Assembly: GCF_009914755.1 (NCBI RefSeq)
Contig: NC_060928.1
Origin: the human T2T-CHM13v2.0 reference genome, Homo sapiens
Reading direction: 5' to 3' (one strand)
Length of the DNA stretch: 64,000 bases
Positions 56,892 through 64,000 of the stretch are shown here, in pieces (within the stretch, counting starts at the first letter, position 1; every line of letters starts with the position of its first letter). The notes under the pieces were generated by a model. It saw only the letters and a program-made list of their open reading frames with translations, had not been told where the DNA came from and did no database searches. The position numbers were made by a program, and so were the translations under genes.

Positions 56892-58017
56892 CCTACTACA
56901 GAGAAAATAAACACTTTCAGAAGATAATTCCCTCAGCTTCCTCCTCTATCCCCTGAGACACAATTATATGCATCCACCCCTATCCTTGGGTATGTATCTT
57001 TTATTAGGGTCTTACCAATTTGTGGAGAATTACACTAAATGCTCAACATATTTATCTTATTTAGTCCACATGACAAATCTTTGACATAGTTCAATGCTTG
57101 GCACTCCAGGTGTGCCTCGTTGAGGAAGATTCTGATGCTAAATTGGAGGATAATGAGGAAGAGGTCTATGATAAACCCTTTGTATGCTGTGTGCACAAGA
57201 ATGAGTTTTGGTGGTCCTTTTGCCACATGGTTGCCATCTCTCCTCTTGCAAATCTTTCAGTCTCCTATTGGCATTCTTTTTTTCTCTGTTCACTCCTTAA
57301 GTGTTGGCATTTCCCGGTGTTATATACGCACGTCCGTGCTACATTTTCTCTAAGGCTGACTGCATCCACTCTTACAGCATCACTTTCTTATGTGAAGGTG
57401 ACTTCTACTTCTCCATCTTTGGACCTCACTTATTTTCCTCCTAAGTCAGACCTCTGGTTCCATGTGAATTTTCATAGGCTTGCGGCCCTCAACATAGCCA
57501 AAACGGAAGTCACCATTTGACCTACTGAACTTTCTTTTCCCTGAGTGACTGCCATCTCCAAGAGCAGCATGGCGATCAGCTGGCTTCCTCCCCATGCCAC
57601 ACACCCAAAGCCATTCTCAAGCTCCACCTTTACGACTACCCTTCATATTCATCACTCAAAAAGTACTGTTAATTTGACCCATTGAATATTTCTGAGATCT
57701 GCCCTCTCTTTTCTATTTTCTCTACTATTTACTTAATTCAGATTCACAACATTTCTTACCTGGATTACTGCCATAAGCTTCTAATGGGTCTCCCAGAATT
57801 TATCTTGATCCCTGAAATCTACTCTCCCTGCTGCTATCACATTTGAATTTTCCTGAAACAAAAATCTGACCATATCACAGCTCTTCTTAACTTTCTACAA
57901 TGCCTCTTTATTACTCCTGCAAAAGATGACTTCTGTCTGGCTTAGCTCACAAGGTCTTTCTGATCTGTCCCTTGACTACCACTTTAGCCTTTCTTCTCAT
58001 TTGTCCCTGATGCTCAC
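56453..58017. repeat. Long inverted repeat: arm A 56453-56721, arm B 57750-58017, ~1.03 kb spacer
   Basis: Manual alignment gives about 30 differences over ~268 bp. Confidence 0.95.
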
Positions 58018-58315
58018 TCCCATATCATAGTCACACTTAATTGCTCTCAGTTTCTTAATCATGATAATATACTGTATTTTGCTTCTAAGACCTTCTACTT
58101 GCAAATCCCCTTTCCTGGAGCCATCTACCTTCTTCTTATCAAAATAGCCTCCTAATATGTTTAAAAAGTTAACTCAAATACCACCTACTTCACAAAACCC
58201 TTTTCAAACAAAGTCCCACATGATCTCTATTGGGCGTTTTTATAATGTATCATTCTTAACTTTCTTAGAGCACATAACACGTGATTTTGTAATGGCCTGC
58301 TTACTTGTCTGTCCC
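56900..58315 (+). mobile_element. L2 LINE fragment (donor of the inverted copy)
   Basis: ctcaacatagccaaaacggaagtcaccat; cttacctggattactgc...cttctaatgggtctccc; aaatctgaccatatcac. Confidence 0.7.
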
Positions 58316-58790
58316 TGTCTTCATTTGAGTTCACTCAGAAGCAGATTCTGACACAAGGGTTCAAACGCAAATAGTGTATAATGTAGCCGAGTTCAGGAAC
58401 CTCTAGTAGGAGAGTAGAGAAATGAGTCAGAGGAGAAAAGAAAGCCGATGAAGTGTGTGTCCTCATGTAAGTTACCACTATTGGTAACTGGTACATAAAT
58501 CTGCTAAGGAACTCTGGGAATCAGTTTTGAAGATATGCCTCAGAATTGTTCCAATTGAAGGGTGAGGGAGCTGGGTTATTTATACACCAATACCCATTAG
58601 TCACTGTTGAGGGGCTGTTAATAGGGTGGGAGTGTTGGTGGGTAGAAGATAATTTGGGGACATGTCCAGTCTGCTGTGTTACACAATTCCTTAGCAAAAA
58701 GATGAAAATGCTATGAATGGAATTCAGGTTGGTATGCACGTGAACACAAGGCCCCAGAGCATAGGGACAGGGCACCGATCTAGCAGTCAT
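58316..58790 (-). mobile_element. LTR16/LTR33-family (ERVL) solo LTR
   Basis: tgtcttcatttgagttcactcagaagcagattctgacacaagggttc...gggtgagggagctgggttatttatacacc. Confidence 0.65.
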
Positions 58791-59339
58791 CTACTTGAGA
58801 ACTGGGGTCACTACCTGAATGTTTAATGTTAGAATATTAATTTCCCCATAATAGCATATGTAATAAAACTCAAGTGAACATTTTAATCCAGTTTTATCAG
58901 ACTCCAAATTCTTAAGTCTTTTTCCCACATCAGACAGCCACCCATCTAGACACCAAATAGGAGAAAGGATGAAAATGAGGAGTGTAAAGGCAAGCTATCA
59001 ATATAAAACAGGTACAATGGAGACTTTAGAGATGTTAAAATGTGCCTAAAAATTTCGGTTTAATTATGTGCAAAGAACTATGTTTTTCCTATGGGATCAC
59101 AAAGAGTAAGAGACTATCTCATTTTCAAGTATATCGTTATCTATGTGTATTTGGGTTTTTATGTATGAGTTTGTATGTGTCTGGGGGGAAGGGTGGTGGT
59201 GGTAGTGGTAGAATAGAGATATATGCCACTTCAAGGAAATTTCTAGCAAAGAATGCCTATGCCACCCAACTAATTTAACTTTAACAGCTTTACCATGGCC
59301 ATAAACATTTCTGTAGGAAAAATTTACTTAGAATAAACC

Positions 59340-59530
59340 TTTGTGCAGTGAAAAGAGCAAATCAGTAGAGTATCAAAAGCCACAGATCCTATGCATAACT
59401 TTGCAGCAAAATTGCTGTATTACTTCTAATAAGTACTGATTTTCCTGGCCTCACTTCCCTTATCTGTGGAGTGGGGTGAAAGCAAAGGACCATTATTATT
59501 TGAGGAGCTCTAAGGTCCCTTCCAGATGTA
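59340..59530 (+). mobile_element. MIR/MIR3 fragment
   Basis: gtgcagtgaaaagagca...ggcctcacttcccttatctgt...ctctaaggtcccttccag. Confidence 0.65.
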
Positions 59531-61209
59531 TAACTATCATGTTGTGCCTTAAAACAAGCTGTAAACTAGATAGTTTCAAATGAATGTTCTTGAATTCCTT
59601 TTTCTCCAAATGAGTTCTGTGGCAGTTTAGTATTTGCTTTTTAAAAGCATCCTTGCATTTTCTTTTTTTGATGACTAAAAGTAACTCATTGATATTCCAA
59701 ACAGGATATTTGTTAAGCCTTCATTTCACAATATGACCCTTTGCACATTAATAGTCAGAAAACTAAGACTTAAATAAATAGAAATTACTGTTTGTCCCAA
59801 GGATTAAAAGAGAACAAGTTTGTTATTGTAAAATAATTTTCACAAAGAATATTAGAAGGCCATGCATAGGTTTTATAATAGGACAGAACAAATTCAATTT
59901 TCTAAGTTAAGGCCTCAGAAGACAAAGTTAAATTATATATAAATAACATAAATTTTAAAAGTACATGTATTAATTTATAATTATGTATATATTTATATAG
60001 TATGTAAAATATTTAAATAAAAAGATATACATTTATATATTGATGCACACTCAACAAGATAAATATTTTGGGGCTGAAGTATGGCATTTTATGTTTGATT
60101 TATTTCAAACTGCAGAATAGTTATAAACATCTAGTGGACTCACAAGAAAATTTTTATTGATTATTGATTGATGCTGTGTGATGTTAGGACCAAAGAAAAA
60201 ACTTTCTATAAAAGTTCTCAGCATATTGACTTGAAGACAACTCAAAAATGAAAAATCATAAACTTACAGCCAGAGAAAAGAAAGAACACATTTGAGATCA
60301 GAAATATTGAAGTGTAATACCAAGTAGAGAAAACTACCCTTTTCATTATTTCCCTTTCATTTAATTAATACACCAACCATGTTACATTTGCTCTCATGTA
60401 AGAACCAATCCTATGCAAGATCCGCCTCCCCAAGTTGTTTTCTGAAGTTTGCATTACTTTCTTAGAAATGTTCAATAACTACTATGTTTTTGTTGTGACA
60501 GTAAGTCCCAGCTGGAGGCTACATATGTTTGTGGTTGATAAACTGATGTGTGTAGTATCAGTCATCTGAAGCTGATATTTATTGGGGCTTTTTTTTTTTT
60601 TTTTGGCCAACAGAGCCCTGATTGGGGGAAAGGAAGATTGGTAAAATATAAAAATGGTTGTTTGAGGCATTACTTTCTATCTTGAATCCTAGAATTATAT
60701 TTAAGCCTTGAGAGGGAAAAAACATAGGCAGAAGTCTAAGGCAATTTTTTTATATGCTGCATCCTCTATTGGGAAGACCTAATCCATTATTTTCTTGATC
60801 TCCCCTCTTTTGGGCAAAATTACGCATAATTCAGGCCTAAGCTCTTTGGGGCACTTCCTACAGGAAGCATTCTCTACATGTCTCCCCTCTTCTGACCAGC
60901 ATATGTCTTTCTGTTATTCACTCTGTTACTTCCTAGGCATTTTCATGTCACTTACCACGTTAATAGTTGACAATTAGAGTCTTTCTTGCCCCAAGACAGT
61001 AGCAACCATGCTCATCTTGTTCCCTAGTGTATTTTCGATATGCAACCTGGCGCTTAAATTATGTCAGTTGAAAAAATGAGTGGTTCTGTTTCTTGCCCAA
61101 AGAACAAAGCCTGCTAGGTGAATATTTAATGAATTCTTGAACATTTCAAAAGCACTCTAAAAAAATAGTCATCTCAATTTTTGATATTTTATGGTACTAG
61201 AAAGCAAAC

Positions 61210-62050
61210 TATAAATCAAGACCATAAAATAATGTTTTTAACATTTTCATTGGGAAAATTTCAAAAGTGTGATAATACCAAATGTTAGAGAAATTATAAA
61301 TCAACAGGAAGTCATCCACATTGCTCATAAAGACATGTTGGAAAACAAGTGACATTCTTTTATGGCCCAGTAGTTCCACTCGTACATATACACCCAAGAG
61401 AAATACTTTTACATTTACCTTAGAAGTCATGAACAAGAATATACATAAGAAGCACTGCTCAAAAAGTGAAAGACTAGAAATATAATCAAGGCCCACTAAC
61501 AGGAAAGGATAAATAATTTGTGGTATGTTTAAATAACAAAATATTAAACAACAGCACAATAAACTCAGCTACATGCAAAACTATGAATGAATCTTAATAA
61601 TGTGATATTGAGCAATAAAAATGTCTCAGAAGAAAACATGCCAGATGATGATACCCTTTATTGTAATTAAATTTAAGAATCACAAGAAAATGATGTATAT
61701 TTGAGGTATAGTTATGTATATAATAATAGAATTTTAGAAAACAAAAAAGGTAAATACAAGATCCAGAATAGTCCCTACCTCATAGCATGGGGCAAGATAG
61801 TCAGAAGGAATGGGAGGTATTCAAATTCTTAGGTTGGACGGTGTATTCCCAGGTTTTCATTATAATGCCACATCAACTGTATGAATAAATGAGTGTGTAA
61901 ATTGATGAATCAATGAACAAATGCACAAACCAGTAAATAGGTTAATGAATAAATAACAAATAAGGTCTGTGAACATACAAATTATTGCAATCCACAGTAA
62001 ACCAATGTCTGTGATTAACACAATTTTGTGTTCCTGAGGTTCATTAAAAA
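61210..62050 (+). mobile_element. L1ME 3' end fragment
   Basis: gataataccaaatgtt...cccagtagttccactc...atgaatgaatcttaataatgtgatattgagc. Confidence 0.75.
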
Positions 62051-62204
62051 TACATCAGAGTATATAATGAGTGGTAACAACTTTGATTTTATTTCTTCAA
62101 ATACTCAGATTTGATGATTCTTCTTATAAAGACCAAGATTAAATACCAGTTTGTTGCCCAAAAATTATCTTTGAAATAAGCAGACACATTTTTGAAACTT
62201 TAGG

Positions 62205-62960
62205 TTCATTTGTTCATTTATTCATCCACTTATTTAATTTTATTCTAGGACTATTTAGTGAGCATCTACTGTGTACTAGCAACTATATTCAGTATGTCAA
62301 GAAGTGTGTAAACTCTATCCCTAAGACATGAATTAAGGCTCAACCTTAGAATAGGAACAAATCACTAATTACTACTGTGATAAATGCTTCAAAGGTAGAC
62401 ATAAAACGTATCTACTGTGGGGGAATTCTGAATGTTTCAAAAGTGGGAACTCAATAACTAAAATTAATCTGTTTTTTGGGGCAACTTCTCTGGTGAACAA
62501 GCATCTGAATTGAGACCTGAAGGATGAACAAAATATATCTAGGTGAAAAGAAAATTACTACTCCAAGTAAATAAACAGAATTAGAAACCCTGAAATGTGA
62601 GAATGACCTATTAAAGGAAGTAACACAGGCTGATATGGCTGGAGATAGGAAGAATAGCAAAAGATGAAACTGGTAAGGTAGGCAGAAGGGCATGTTTACA
62701 AAAGCTTCAAAGGTTATAAAGTCTGAACCATATTCCAGGAGAAGTGTAATTCCATTGAGGTTTTACAGCAGAAATATGGCAATAATAGATTTCCACTTGT
62801 TAAGGATCATACTTTCTGCTGGGTGGGGGAAGAAGTAAAGGAGGGGTAGGTCAGTTGTAAGGCTATTTCAGTGTTTCATGAAAAGGATCATCGATACTTT
62901 GATCCAGGTTTTTGTGATAAAGATAGAAAAATGTAGGCTAATTTGAAAGATATAGAGGAG
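62205..62960 (-). mobile_element. L2 3' fragment
   Basis: ttcatttattcatcc...gagcatctactgtgtac...tgaattgagacctgaaggatgaa. Confidence 0.7.
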
Positions 62961-62963
62961 GAA

Positions 62964-63325
62964 TGTCGTATACACAGAATTTGTGTGTCTCTTCCCCCCC
63001 AAATTCATATGTTGAAATATAACCTTCAACACAGTGATAATAGGAGGTGTAGGGCGTTTGGGAGGTGACTAGGACATGAGCATAGAGACCTTGAATGGGA
63101 TTAGTGCCCTTATAAAAGAGACCCTGGAGAGCTCCCTTGCCCCTCCTTCAACTATATGAGGGCACAGTGAGAAGAACCAGAAAGCAGTTCCTTACTGAAC
63201 ACTGAAACTGCAGCTGCCTTAATCATGGACATCCCAGCCTTTAGAACTACTAGAAATACATTTGTATTGTTTATAAGCCCCCAGTGTATGGTATTCTATT
63301 ACAGGAGACTGAATGGATTAAAACA
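62964..63325 (+). mobile_element. MLT1A0 solo LTR
   Basis: aaattcatatgttgaaat...gaatgggattagtgcccttataaaagagaccc...ttgtttataagcccccag. Confidence 0.88.
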
Positions 63326-63454
63326 GAAATATATATAGAATTCGGTTTCTGATTAAGATTGTTCGTTACTTTTGTTCCACTCTTATTATATTAGTCTGGT
63401 GTAAATAAATACTGCTTATTTATCATGCTTTAAATTCACTGGGTTTTCTGAGTC

Positions 63455-63862
63455 TCAGCATATTGGTCCAGGTAATGAATTCTAGCTTCTATAACAAATA
63501 ATCCACAAAGTCATTGTTTTAACATGCTAAAAGTTTTATGGCCTTGCTCATGTGAACTTCAATGCAGATGCTCCTGATTAGTGGCTTTCCTGGGCTTTTG
63601 TCCTGTAAGCAATGACCCAGTTTTCTTTAAGTTTGCCCTCGGGTCATTAACTTGTAATATTTTCTGAAGGATGGAGAGGTGAGAGAGAGACAGATGAAAA
63701 TGTGGGAGGCACATCCACTCTTAACTATATCAGTCAGAAAGTGACCATCTCTTTCATTTCCATTCTGTTGCAGAGAACCAGTCAAATTACTCATCTAAAT
63801 GCAAGGAGGGCTGGGAACAATAGTTTACCTATATGCCAAGAGCAACTGACTAGTCTCCCATA
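63455..63862 (-). mobile_element. MLT1I/J-type LTR
   Basis: ctataacaaataatcc...cagaaagtgac...ccattctgttg...gcaaggagggctgggaa. Confidence 0.6.
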
Positions 63863-64000
63863 CTGAGGAATACAGTTTTTCCCCAATTCTAAGCATTTCA
63901 GAGTTATTAACTCTTCAAATACTGTCTCTGTCTCATTCTATTTTCTCCTTCTAGAACTCCATATATATAATAAATATAATTTAATATATATTGTTTTATA

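Noticed and set aside
57098-57520. 140 aa ORF with an acidic patch
   Set aside because: TTG start, lies in decayed L2 sequence, no recognisable domain
58471-58488. Short hairpin gttaccactattggtaac
   Set aside because: A 7 bp stem inside an old LTR is expected by chance in 64 kb
59930-60045. AT-rich low-complexity tract (similar at 10880-10970 and 63960-64000)
   Set aside because: No periodicity or flanking repeats; ordinary low complexity

Overview
AT-rich, CpG-poor primate (most likely human) genomic DNA, intergenic or deep intronic. I found no credible protein-coding gene, RNA gene or CRISPR array. The supplied ORFs that can be assigned trace to Alu, L1, Tigger1, THE1 or tandem-repeat sequence, and the rest look like chance frames. 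More than half of the window is interspersed repeat: about 9 Alus plus a FLAM, a near full-length Tigger1, a long fragmented L1M, a full-length THE1A with a perfect TSD, many solo LTRs (THE1B/C/D, MSTA, MLT1, MLT2, MER57, LTR8A-like, LTR16-like), and L2/MIR/MER relics. The signals that ordinary repeat annotation does not explain are: (1) a ~270 bp inverted copy (about 89% identical) of a nearby L2 segment pasted into an MLT1A LTR, with snap-back and templated micro-repeats at the junction, which looks like a fossil template-switch/end-joining repair event; (2) an 18-copy perfect 30 bp minisatellite built of overlapping palindromes inside an MLT2 LTR; (3) several smaller templated-duplication scars; (4) a CTCF-like core plus upstream motif; (5) intact DUX4-type motifs in three THE1 LTRs. 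I see no evidence for a new gene system. Repeat family names come from recalled consensus sequences, not from a search, and boundaries of old elements are approximate.
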